From Pelomyxa schiedti (lineage: Eukaryota; Protista; Evosea), in NCBI GenBank assembly GCA_020536535.1, contig JAHLWZ010000798.1, forward strand, positions 84,177-148,176: a stretch of 64,000 bases of DNA, given 5' to 3'. This document shows, piece after piece, positions 50,442-61,412 of the stretch; the first letter of the stretch is position 1, and each line of letters starts with the position of its first letter. The notes beneath the pieces were generated by a model, which did no database searches, was not told where the DNA came from, and was given only the letters and a program-made list of their open reading frames with translations. The translations under genes were made by a program, and so were the position numbers.

Positions 50442-52074
50442 ATGGCACGCTGCGGTGACGATGCGTGGGGCGATCAAAGCGGCAGATATGAAGTAGATGT
50501 ACGTACGTTTTCGTCCTCCTCACAGGCAGCAAGATCTCCGCCTTCCCGTCCTCCTCCTACAATCGCGATCTCGCCCTCGCCGAGCCAATCTGAGGTCACA
50601 TCGCCATCGCCGACGCGAACCGCTGAAAGCGACGCATCATCTACAACCGCCGCGACGAGCCAAGTCGTTACGAAAGCTGCCCTCCGCAAGGTGATAACTG
50701 CTCCTGGCTATAATTTCGTGTTCAGCACATTTGACGGCTCCTCTATACGATGGGGAAAGGACATGGATGACGATCCGCTGATGGCTCCTGGTCCAGGTTT
50801 GTATCTCTTTTCAGTTTGCTCCTTTGTATCTTCGTGGATAACTTTTTGTTTTTTATTTGGTGAGTGCCTTCGCTTTGTACTGATACAATATGCCCTATAT
50901 CTCGCATTTGGTAATGTCCTTCTTTTTAACAGAGTTGTGTGATATTGAGTTGTCAACTATCTGTCATGGAATTAATGGCATTCCTTGCGACTTCTGTTAC
51001 AAGGTTTCTTTCCGATCTTCATGTCTACTATTTATAAAATCAGTCCAATACTGCCCGTGGAGAAAACATGTCACTTGATACCTTCAAGAAATTGTTCCAC
51101 AAGCTTCCGCGCACCGTGTGTCAAATTGCATTTGGAATTGGAGACATCTCCGGTAACCCCGATCTCTTCTCCATTCTGGAATATTGCAGGTTTACACATA
51201 CCTACAACTATGCGTTGGTTTAATGCCAGTTCACAGATCAAATGACTACAATTACGTAGTGCCAAACATCACCGTGAATGGCGAGGGTATCTCTGGTTTT
51301 CATATTTCACAACTTGTGAGGCTTTGTGGCAGTGTTGCTGTATCCCGGTACCCAAACAACAAGGAGAACTGCTATGCCACTGTGGAGCGCTTACATGCAG
51401 AGGCACAGAGAACCCATGCCCGGCTTCAGATCAATATTCACGTTGTGTTTTCTAAACAAACTCTTCCGCTTATCCATGAGCTGCTCCATGACATAACCAA
51501 TGATGACAGGCTCGCTGGGAAAGTGTTTGCAATTGTACTCCTGAAAGTAAAACACAGAGGACGAGCAAGCCCCTCAAGATACACACATGCGTCTCTGGAG
51601 GAGTTGAGAGAGATTGTGTCTATTGCATCAAGAGCCAAAGTCAGACTAGGTGTGGACGCTTGTGGTGCATGTGATTTCTACAGAATGCTGGAGGAGACTG
51701 AAAAACTTCGCCGACCAGAAGCTGAGGAGTCATCACCTACCACTACTTCTACATCGACTACAGAAATGGCACCAACAACTCGTTCCGCAGAGCCTGATCG
51801 TTGGGCCGATATTCCGGCACTAGAAGACGCCGTCACCTCGTTCAATGGCTGCGATTCCATGAGGTTCTCAGCGTACATCAATGTGCGCTGTGAAGCCTTC
51901 CCGTGCTCTTTTGTGGAGGCAGCCTGGCCCAAAGAGCACACCATGAACGTTCTTGAGTGCGCGGACTTTGGGGCTGACATTTGGCGCTCTTGTGCTTCGC
52001 ACTCCTTCCGCACTGACCTCATGTCAACCTCTGATATTGTGGAATGTTGGAGGTGCAAATTCTTTGACTGGTAA
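50442..52074 (+). CDS. Radical SAM enzyme with CX7CX2C cluster motif and C-terminal twitch/SPASM-like cysteines; three introns
   Basis: Spliced RWGKDMDDDPLMAPGPELCDIELSTICHGINGIPCDFCYKSN, QIAFGIGDISGNPDL, VPNITVNG, CGSVAVSRY, GVDAC, GCDSMRFSAYINVRCEAFPCSF. Confidence 0.9.
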
Positions 52075-52170
52075 CCCACATGCCATCAAACAAATTTTTT
52101 TTAAACAAAACCTTCACATTTTATACAACAAAGTCATTTCCTTGTTTGAATGGAGTAGTTAATGAGACAC

Positions 52171-52813
52171 TCAATCCATCATAAGAGGGTGGGAGGTTGT
52201 TGGGGGATGAGGTGTGGGAGCGGAAAGGGGGGGAGGAGAGGGGAGGGTACCCCCCCCCTCTCTTTCTTCTCCCCCTCCCCACTCCTCCAGGGTAGGAGTG
52301 TTGACGGGGAGAAGAAAGAGAGCGAGTGGTGCTTGTTGTAGAAGTAGTTGTGATTGTGGACGTGCCTGGGGTAGTGCCAGGAGACAACGAGCGTGGGTAT
52401 GGCTGTGGCGGTGTTTGGACCCTTGGCTGCTCATCATCGGTGGGCGGGGGATGGAGGCGTGGGCCTTGTGCTGGGGCTGTGACGGGTGACCCTTGGCCAA
52501 GAACTTGGCAGTCCAGGGGTAAACGAGCCCAGGCACTTTGTACGGCAATTTGCGCATACGGATGGCCCGATTCGCGTCTTGCAAATCCTTAAAGCAAACC
52601 CACGTGTGAAGAAGGTCGACGTTGGCACCGGGGGGCCTGTTTGTTTGCTCTAGTGTACCAACTTCGTAGCTCCTGTCGGGGACGTTAAAAGCAGGAAATT
52701 AAACAAAAAAAGTGATACCCAATAAATCTCAGAGTGGAAAGGCTGCCCTCCACAATTTCCTTGGTGGTGGTGCCATGTAAGGACGATAGATGCACATAGT
52801 ATCCCGTCGCCAT
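52171..52813 (-). CDS. Small RRM-like protein; at least two exons
   Basis: YYVHLSSL (RNP2-like) and TWVCFKDLQDANRAI (RNP1-like) joined by one intron. Confidence 0.5.
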
Positions 52814-53194
52814 TAGGTTGTACGTTATGGTTGCGTGTTGTAGGAGATCTTGTTTGATGGAACCTCCGAGGGTTAAAAATATAGAAGTGGTGTCTAGAGT
52901 ATGACTAATTACCTTAGATTTTATCCAACATTGTGGGGTCACTCAACACACAGATTCCCCCATCAGACAATCAAACCCAATTCCCCTGTGCTACAGTAGT
53001 CGCGAAGCACAAAGGTCACTGGGAACCAGCTCACTTGCTGCAATGCTGTCAGTGATTAGATGAACTCAATGACGACTCACAGTGGCTTAGGTGTGGGAGT
53101 AAAGGTATTGTCGTAGAAGTGGGGAACAGGAAACGGTATCCTTCGAGGGAAAAAGGTGCAATGTCCTCCGTTTTGATACGTGACTAAGGTCTGA

Positions 53195-53670
53195 TTGGCC
53201 TTGCTTCGCCTCGGCTCCTTTGATCGGTTTAGCTTTTCTAGCGATCCACTATGGCAACCCCCAGCAGGACACTCCCTCAAGTTCGGTAGAGGTTGTACGG
53301 GTACCATGGTCCGTTTCACTCCACCTTCAGCCCTTGCCGAGAACAATCGGACAGACATTTCCGAGATTAAGAGAGTGATGAACGGGTGGTGTTACGACAA
53401 CCTTCATTACGAGAACCATCAGCAGGGTTCCTTGGAACAAGAGTTGCGCACAAACACAACAGACTTCGAAAAACTTTAGTGCACTTTCTGTGGGTGTTGA
53501 AGGCCCACCATTCTACTTGGAAACAATGTGTGGGTAGAACGGCTTCACACTTTCACAAGTTTGGAAAACAACTTGTTTTCTCACTCCCAAGTTTTGGTTA
53601 CCATTGTATTGTGGTGTGGTTTGACGTCTCCAGGCACGGCTCCGGAGGAAATGGATATGCCAGAGTGTAA
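53195..53670 (+). CDS. Possible hypothetical multi-exon gene; frames not resolved
   Basis: Overlapping ORFs 53195-53479 and 53386-53670 with intron-sized GT-AG segments between them; no family recognised. Confidence 0.2.
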
Positions 53671-53910
53671 GAGTCTCAGAAAACATTCAACGCACAAGTG
53701 ATTATTTGAAAATAAATTCTCTGTAACAGAAGGTAAACTTAAAACGAAAAGGGATAAAGGCACAAATTACAACCCAGATATTCAAATAAGCATAAATCTG
53801 GTTTGTAGTTTCCTCTGGGTCTGTAACTGTTGAGGTAAAAGCCAAGTACCAATTAATTTGAGGAATGCAGATCATAGCAAATTAAGGTGTAGTAAAAGAA
53901 ACGGAGGTAA

Positions 53911-54114
53911 CCACCCAAAAGCCGCTCTCTGTGTTCGCTCTTTTGGGTGGGAAACAAAACGGTGTTTCAAAAGGGTGTGTCAAGAAACAAGTCCGCTGCC
54001 AGTCTTGCCTTCATTGAAGGCTAGAAACAAGCTTGTCAGCCTTTGCCTTCATTGAAGGCTAGAAACAAGTCCGCTGCCAGTCTTGCCTTCATTGAAGGCT
54101 AGAAACAAGCTTGT
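53911..54114. repeat. Hairpin and palindrome array: 11-bp and 6-bp stem-loops followed by a higher-order tandem repeat with palindromic core
   Basis: CCACCCAAAAG/CTTTTGGGTGG (53911-53950) and GAAACA/TGTTTC (53951-53968). TTGCCTTCATTGAAGGCTAGAAACAAG occurs three times, with cores at 54007, 54045 and 54085. The palindrome ACAAGCTTGT occurs twice. Confidence 0.9.
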
Positions 54115-55026
54115 AAGTCGGAGTACTCACCACAGATGGTACGATAGTGTTGCCTATGGATATGTTGTGTTGTGTTATGTTCTATGTGATGTACAGTTAT
54201 AGCCACAACAACAGCAACAGCAACGACAACAACAAAAACAAAAACAGAAACAGCAACAACAACAACAAGAGGCAACAGGCAACTGCGTACTGTTTCGCCT
54301 TATGCGGGGGTACAGAGCCACACCACTTGGCTCCCTGCACCTCCTCCACCCTCGTTGTATTTGTTGCAGTACTCCCAAAACGCGGTTGTTGGGGGGGTTA
54401 GCAAAAAAACTTGTTACGAACAGAGGCAAAAAAACACGATCGAGCGTTTTTGTAGACTTTATAAACAGATAGTTCGGAAAATACCACTAAAACAGGGTCT
54501 ACCAGAGAAATCGTTTGGTGTTTATTGTCGTAGTATCGACTCGCTCGGCGGTGTGGTTGGATTTGTTTAAAAAGTTCGGCAATACGATACGCAGGGTCTT
54601 GAAAAAGAAAGGCAACTGAACTTTCGAACTATTTATTTTAGGTTTGTATCTTCATTCAGCGAAAATAAGCCGAAATAGTTTCGACAAAACTAAAATTTTA
54701 TACAGTCCTGTTCGAAATGGGGAGAATGGACCCCTAATACCGTCAGTACAAGTAGTGTGCCAACAACAATCGCCAAAGCATCTTGCCCAGCACACACTCC
54801 CTGTGACCGTAAGCCACATTCCTACATTTCCCCTATTGGAATCCTCGGTTTGATACTTGTCCGGCGAGTGAATTAAATCAAGATACAGTGTGATGCGGTA
54901 ATTATTTTGTCTCCTACTCAAACTCTCGAGGTTCGAATTCTTACAAACGGAATTTATTTTTGCTTGAGTTTTGTCTCATGTCTCTTCAATCTCGTGAACT
55001 TGCAACGCACACATCCCAGCACAGCA

Positions 55027-57228
55027 CTACCACCTCCCTGACCAAGTGCGGATGCAGTTGAGGCGTTTGGCAACCTCGTCCGTGAGTGATGGCAAATCAA
55101 GGTGCCATTCCCAGTTGCGCCGGTCAATTTCAGCGCCAGAATCCTTGTCACACTTGCATGTGGTCTTCCAGCCATCTGCTTGGTGTGTGTTTGTTAGGTA
55201 AAAGGTAAAAGGATTGGGAGAAGATACATGGGTGGTACGGGTCATTAATGCGGGAACATGTACAAAGGCCGAGGACATCTTGCACCTGGTAGGAAGTGAT
55301 GTGTTGGTTGCAGTCACAATTTTGTAATTAATACCTGAACTAGGGTCAAGAATGCTGGGCCGTGGAGGATTGCGGCAATTATCTGCCAGCTCAGGCAGAT
55401 GAGGCCATCCTTGTCTTCTGGTAGTTTTTGTAACCCGAGAAACTGTGCTATGTTGGCTTTTTCTTCATTAGAGCAAGTCAATAGCCACCCAAGCAAGGTA
55501 TCTGTGACAGAAATTAATGAGGTACAAGTTCCTTTTCATTAGTTAGTTCTCACTGCTGTCATGGGATCCTTATGTGTGTTAATGACCGATTGTAATTTCT
55601 ATTTCCATACCACTAAAGTATGTCGTATTCCATCCACAATTTGAAGGTAAGTGCTCAGACAACCCACAAGACGAAGGATCAAAGCCGTACTGAAAAACGC
55701 GCATACTAGGAAGGCCGAAAATTTTCAGTAATGCCTTTGTATCATTGTCAACCTCTCCCAAGTCCTCTATGGCTTATATTAGAAGAAGCTTTGGCGAAGA
55801 CGGCAAACCTGGTAAACAGGGAAGAGAACTGCCAAGTGTTTTCTTAAGTGCCTCGAAAAATCTCATTCCTGGCCCGGGCAACCAGCAACCATCCATGGGC
55901 TTTTGCACTCGTGAAACGCAGGAAAAGTGTTAAAGTGATACATTGTTGGTTGCGGAATTGACAGCCCAATATTTGTGGAAACCAATAAAGTGATCCAGCC
56001 TCGTAGCATCAACAAATTTTAGTGTAGTTTTTATTCGTTCCATCCACCATCTGCCCTTATTAGCAACAAGAAATAACTTGGGAAGTAAATACTGAAAGTT
56101 GTCAGCTTCTAATTCTCCCCAGTTGTACAACTTCACCATCGGGGAAAAAAGAACAATAAGTTACTGTTTGAGTGGATAATTGGAGGCCATACCGGATGAC
56201 CCCAACATTGATCAGGAGGTGCTCCACTCACAGCCCTTAGGTACGGTGCTTCTCCGTTGCTCCTGGGTTCCACTTGGAAATATTTGGTGTATTTCCAGAC
56301 ATCAGCAGTGTTAAGGGCAACGTAAAGTGCCGTGTCCCCGATTATGGCTACTCCAGCAGCATGAGCATAATCAACAACCTGACGCCACTGATCATAGAAC
56401 ATGAATTGCATGAACTTATGAAAATCACGGCGCCTGATCCAGTTTGCGTCGTGCACTGGCCACTGGTCATTCCATTTCCACCATGGTTCATCTCCAGTCT
56501 ATTGATGGTACAGTTAATTGCTAAGCTCGATAGTTAATGTAGAAATAAATGTAATGAAAATGAAAATTTTGCGGGATAGAGTGGGGGGTGGGTTTTTACA
56601 GTGTCAGAATTAGCACAGAACTCGCAGTAGTTTGGTAGCCAGTACAAGTTGTCATCCTCAAAGGCCTTGATTTTACTCCCAAGCGCGCTGTCGCCCTCGC
56701 CCCTCCCAATCCTCTCAGACTCCCACTTGCTCCAAGCGTCGAAAACCACCTCATGCCCAGCGCCGGGTTCGATCCCGGGACCTCCAGCCTCCGCGACCCT
56801 GTCGGCCGCGCCCTGCCCCCACACCAGCGACTCGTCGGCCGCGAAGCCCGACGACGACATGTACGGCGAGGGGTCGCCGGGCGACGCCGGCCGCAGCAGG
56901 GGGAGCACGTGCCACGCCCGCTGGCCGGCGGACCGCAGGAAGTCGACGAAGCGGCGCGGCGACGGCCCGAGGTCGCCCAGGCTGCGGACCGGGCACAGGA
57001 CGCCGCTGATGCGCGGGGGGGGAGCAGCTGGGGCGCAGCACGGCGTTATGGGAGGAGGAGGCGGAGGCGGCGGCTGCGGGGGGGCTGCTGCGTCTTGGCC
57101 GCTGTTGTCGAGAACGCCGGGGCGGCCGTTGCTGCAACAGGAAGCACGGAAGGAGTCGTACTTGTGGGACAGAGAGGGCGACGACGAAAAAATGACACGT
57201 TCAGACCATTCTGGTGCTCTACAGACAT
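55027..57228 (-). CDS. malQ: 4-alpha-glucanotransferase (amylomaltase, GH77; MalQ/DPE1 type); multi-exon
   Basis: SGVLCPVRSL...FVDFLRSAGQRAWHVLPL...SPYMSSSGFA, QFMFYDQW, IIGDTALYVA, GAPPD..QCWGHPVYNW, RLDHF (nucleophile Asp), IEDLG (acid/base Glu), GSHD (third catalytic Asp). Confidence 0.93.
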
Positions 57229-57420
57229 TCATCTCGCAGTAATGAACGCACCATTTGCCCTTTTCCTTCAAACACACCACTGGCACAGTCACCAATACCC
57301 CTTCGCTGTTCAATCGTTTTTCCTTTCAATCACAAGTGAAGCAATTTCGCAGAGACGTTTCTTTTCACCTGTCAGGTGACAGCACTCCCCTGCGTGCTCT
57401 TCTATTACACACTTTGACAC

Positions 57421-58030
57421 ATGCCATCAAACAGACAAAAGAATTCCAGCATGGCAATGAGAGAGTGCCGCGACGGAAACGACGGCCGTTAACGTCGGCG
57501 CCTGGACCGCCTACGCCCCCGCTGTTCGAGGCACACAACCGCATTACTGCAGAATGCGGTTTCACAGTTCCTCGCCTTGGTCACGTCATCCCACGTCAGG
57601 TGTGGCGCCAACACCCGGCTCGTTTCGCGTGCTGCAACGCTACGTGATGTCATCGACGTGGGTGTGATGTCATATTGTCCACTGTGGAAAGATCCACTTT
57701 GGTTGCGGAGCCCAGCACGTTCGTGTTCGTCATACCGGTGATCAGATTTGGTGGCTTTGTCACTATTGACGAGGCCATCAGTGAGAAGTGGAAACGGACT
57801 GCACTCTGAACGAAGGCAGGGATGTGATAGTCGTTGAAGTGGAATCACCAGGCAAGTCACTGAGTTCCTCTGTGTTCTGCACTTGTGCCGAATCCCACAG
57901 CAGCTCCCAATGCCGGCTGCACGCCGGGGGTTCTTGTTTGCCCCACCGGCACCAAGAACAGCCGGATTCAGGTCATTGATGCTTTGACTTGGACTATGGT
58001 TGTCACATTCGCACCTTGCTCCAAGTTCAA
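57421..58030 (+). pseudogene. Probable degenerate copy of a lineage-specific protein family
   Basis: The ATG 57421 frame has an in-frame TAA at 57490-57492, then continues AVSQFLALVTSSHVRCGANTRL. Downstream coding-like fragments lie in several frames. An unresolved intron structure is not excluded. Confidence 0.3.
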
Positions 58031-58279
58031 ACGTTGAAATTTGGAAAACCAGGTGGAAGTGGTGGAGACTGGTGCTGGCTATGACATGTCAACAAGAGGT
58101 TTTCTAAGAAAAAACCCGGAACTTGTTGACCCTGGCCCAGAAAACCCTGGGAGTCCCAACATTCCTTTTAAAACAATTACACGAAGATGGGGCAGTGGGT
58201 TTCGTCGGGTGGGGAGCCAGGGAGCAAGTACCTCGTGCACGCACACAAGTTTATGCTGCCGTCATGTGGCGACTCAAGA

Positions 58280-59214
58280 ATGGACATGACACTGCCTGAC
58301 AGGCCGAAAATACTGCTAATAAGTGACACCCACTTCACACAAAAGGTGACTACTGGTGGTCAACGTGCCACCTTTTTCTTACTCTTGTTGGGAGTATTCG
58401 TTAACAGGTTTTTTTTTTCCCTCTTTTCCTTTCTGGTAGGATGGAGATGGGTATTGGTCAAACGTGGAGCAGGAGGTTGTCTCCTCCCTTCTTCTTTTTA
58501 GTTGCTTTATTTCCCCTTATTCTTCACAGCAAATATGGGCAGAATTAGAAAAGGTGATAGCAGCTGAGACACCACAATTCCTCTTTATATTGGGTGATAT
58601 TTTCCATGGAGTCGATGATAAAACCTTCGACTCGGCATGGGGTCAGACTGTAATCCAACGATTTGGAAAGTTGGGTCTTCCGACCACTATCATTGGGGGT
58701 AGGGCTGAATACCAATTTTTTGTTTATTAATTCCCTATGTGAAGGTAACCATGACAGAAAGTGGATGAAATCATATGGTGAGATGTATGAACACAATTCC
58801 CCAGGAGTGAAGATATACGACCGGTTATTAATCCGGCTCATTGTACCCTCTTCACGCAATGTTGCTTGGCTAACGCATGATGGTAATTTGATGCAGAATA
58901 GTTCTTATATTAAATTAAGGAAACCTTCGAAATATAATTTGAAACCTTCCGTCAATTCAATAAACACAGGCGGATCCTGCATGTGGCTCCAAGAGAGTGA
59001 CCTGGATCCATTCTTGCTTGGGCTTCGTGGCATCAACCATATTCCGGACCCAGATATTCTAATCACCGGCCACATCCACGGGCACATTGGCCGCCTCATG
59101 GCTGAGCACAGAGTTGCTTGTATTGGTGCCTGCAAAGGGGCTCCTTTTCCTTATGCCATCATTGAGCAGGAGGGTGAATCCTTGACTGCCAAATTCAAAA
59201 CTGGAAGCGCGTAG
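58280..59214 (+). CDS. Small calcineurin-like metallophosphoesterase; multi-exon (alternative upstream ATG at 58187)
   Basis: ILLISDTHF, LFILGDIFH, GGNHD (across an intron), WLTHDG and LITGHIH. Confidence 0.88.
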
Positions 59215-59285
59215 TAGTGTTTTTAAAAACCAAAAAAAATGTGGATAACTCCTCTTTTTTTTTTTTTGTATTTCTGTATGTCCAA

Positions 59286-61412
59286 CTACAACACACTGAG
59301 TAGGTCAACAGTAGAGGCAAGTTCTTCCACAACGTGTGCTGTGGCCTTTGATAGTGACAACAAAGCGTCCTGATTGACGTTTTCCTCGGTATCACAGCTG
59401 GTGTGATAGCATGTATCATATGCGGTTTGTGCAAGACCTCCAAACATGCTCCGCTCTTCCACAGTCTTGAGTTGTCCTGTAGTCTGTGAAAAGGGATCCC
59501 CAGAATGGTGGATGGAAATACCAGCACCAGCCTCAATCCCATTGGAGGGGATACCCGCTACAAGGAAAGCATCATAGTCTGAGGATGAACTGAAGGCGTG
59601 CAGGACGTACTGCTCACCATTTTGCTCCAAGTAGGATGAGAACAATGTCTAAAGGGTTTAAGGAGGGGGAAAAAGAGGAAAAGGGGAACCTGAATATAAA
59701 TGCACCCTTTCTGAAGTTGGACGTCACTAGAGCAGGATGTACCATTGTGTATCCGATTAGCATAGTTTGGGCTTCCCAACATATCTAGATTGATATCTTT
59801 TGGATGTTAAGAATGTATGCAACCAACTAGGAAAGAGTACTGGCTGCGATGTTGTAGGGGTACTCATTTCGATTCTGCATAAGTTAGATTGTAGAAACAG
59901 AGAAATTAGGAGTAAAAAAAAACCTTAACATAAAAGTCTGATCCCTGCAGTCCATCTTCCTCAGCACCCCACCATGCAAACACAAGCTTGTTTTTCATTT
60001 TATCATACAAACTGAAATGGCACAATGAACTTGGACACACATTTGTAGGGGAGTTCACCTTGTACTCTTGAGCAGCCTTGCCATTTCTATCAGACAAGCT
60101 ACACCGCTAAATGGTGAAGTATTAATATGAATAGGGTGGAAATTGCACCAACCTGCCATTGTCATTTATTCCAGGACCTGCGGCATCACTGTCGAGGTGG
60201 GCACCCACAACAATAGTGCTATTTGGATTTCCCTTGTGTATTTAAGAAAACAAAAAGCAGGGTGATGCACACTTTTGTCGTTTCTGCGAGTACATTTTGA
60301 GAGTAGACAGTAACGTAATTACTGGTAACCTACCAAACAATTACTAGGGAGGTTTGGAAGATAATAAAAGTGCGTACAGAAAATTGAATTGTGGCATTGG
60401 GCTCTAAAGAAAGCTGATAGCCACGGGCATATGACAGGCTGAAAACTGGTATAGTGGACGAATCTACAGTTCCACTTATTGGTCCAGCTTCTGTTTCAAG
60501 ATTGTAGATAATGATACAGACAGCGCCATTTCTGGGTTTGTTTTGTGTGACAGTGTTACACTGAAGAAAGTCTAATAGAAGGCGTTGGCAAACGTTATGG
60601 CGAGTTGCGTCTTGGCAGAAAAAGTGCACGTTCCTCGGCTCACAAGCGCCACAGAACCAGCCACAAACTCTGCCACGAGTAAATTTGAAGTAAAGTACGC
60701 AGTAAACTGTACTAGAGTAGTCTGCAGTATCGCAGCCAACATTAGGAATTACAATAACAGGTGCATTTCCTGATCCTGTAGGGCTATTGGTAAATACACC
60801 GTAATCCACAGTGGTATAGGTTCGTGCAGTAGGTTGAATTTCAGCCAAGTGACTGGCATTGGTTACAAACAAGTCAAATGAAAAATCTTGTAGACTGACA
60901 GTAAGTCCCGAGTCTGCAAGTTGATCAACAACATACTCCACTGAGGCTGTGTAGCTTCAGGAATGAAGGTTAGCCAAAGGAAGTAGCGTTAGCTAATAAA
61001 AGCTAATGCACAAGAAAAGGGACATGCCCAGTGGTGCTTGTTGCCCTGACACCGCCGTGTGTATCTGCAATATCTTGTAATCCTGACAGATGTTTTACTA
61101 ATTTGTCCAGCTCCACGCTGTCAGTTAAATTCTCCTTGTCATTGCTCAAATAAACCGCAAGCAACGTAACTGCACCATAAATCAGCCTTCCACTAGATTC
61201 CAAAACAAGAGGGTAGCAGCACCAGTGACAATTAAAACAACAGCGAGAGCAAGGGTCACTGCCAACGCGATCTTCTTCTTGCTACTCATCCTGCCGCACA
61301 CAGACTTCCTCCTCCCTCCAATGTGATCTCCACTGCCACCAGCCTCAGGCTCCCTGCCCCTCGATGGCGTCGTTCCGTCTAGTTCCACGTACTTCGCTTT
61401 CTTGCTGCTCAT
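59286..61412 (-). CDS. Type II membrane M28A aminopeptidase with PA domain (aminopeptidase Y / PaAP-like); multi-exon
   Basis: N-terminal TM IALAVTLALAVVLIVTGAATLLF, KHLSGLQDIAD, PA domain ALVSRGTCTF, VGAHLDS..AGPGINDNG, AWWGAEEDGLQGS, LDMLGSPN, SDYDAF, YDTCYHTSCDT. Confidence 0.93.

Noticed and set aside
53983-54114. CRISPR array (palindromic 27-nt repeats with spacers)
   Set aside because: Spacers are only 11-13 nt and are themselves repeated, there are only three units, no cas genes are nearby, and the context is eukaryotic.
54196-54275. (CAA/CAG)-rich tract as a polyQ coding exon
   Set aside because: No supported start or upstream exon was found. It is treated as a simple repeat, though an unresolved gene is not excluded.
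56763-56778. tRNA T-arm-like CCGGGTTCGATCCCGG (and GGTTCGAATT at about 54930)
   Set aside because: No D-arm, anticodon arm or acceptor stem can be built. The first lies antisense within the malQ coding exon.
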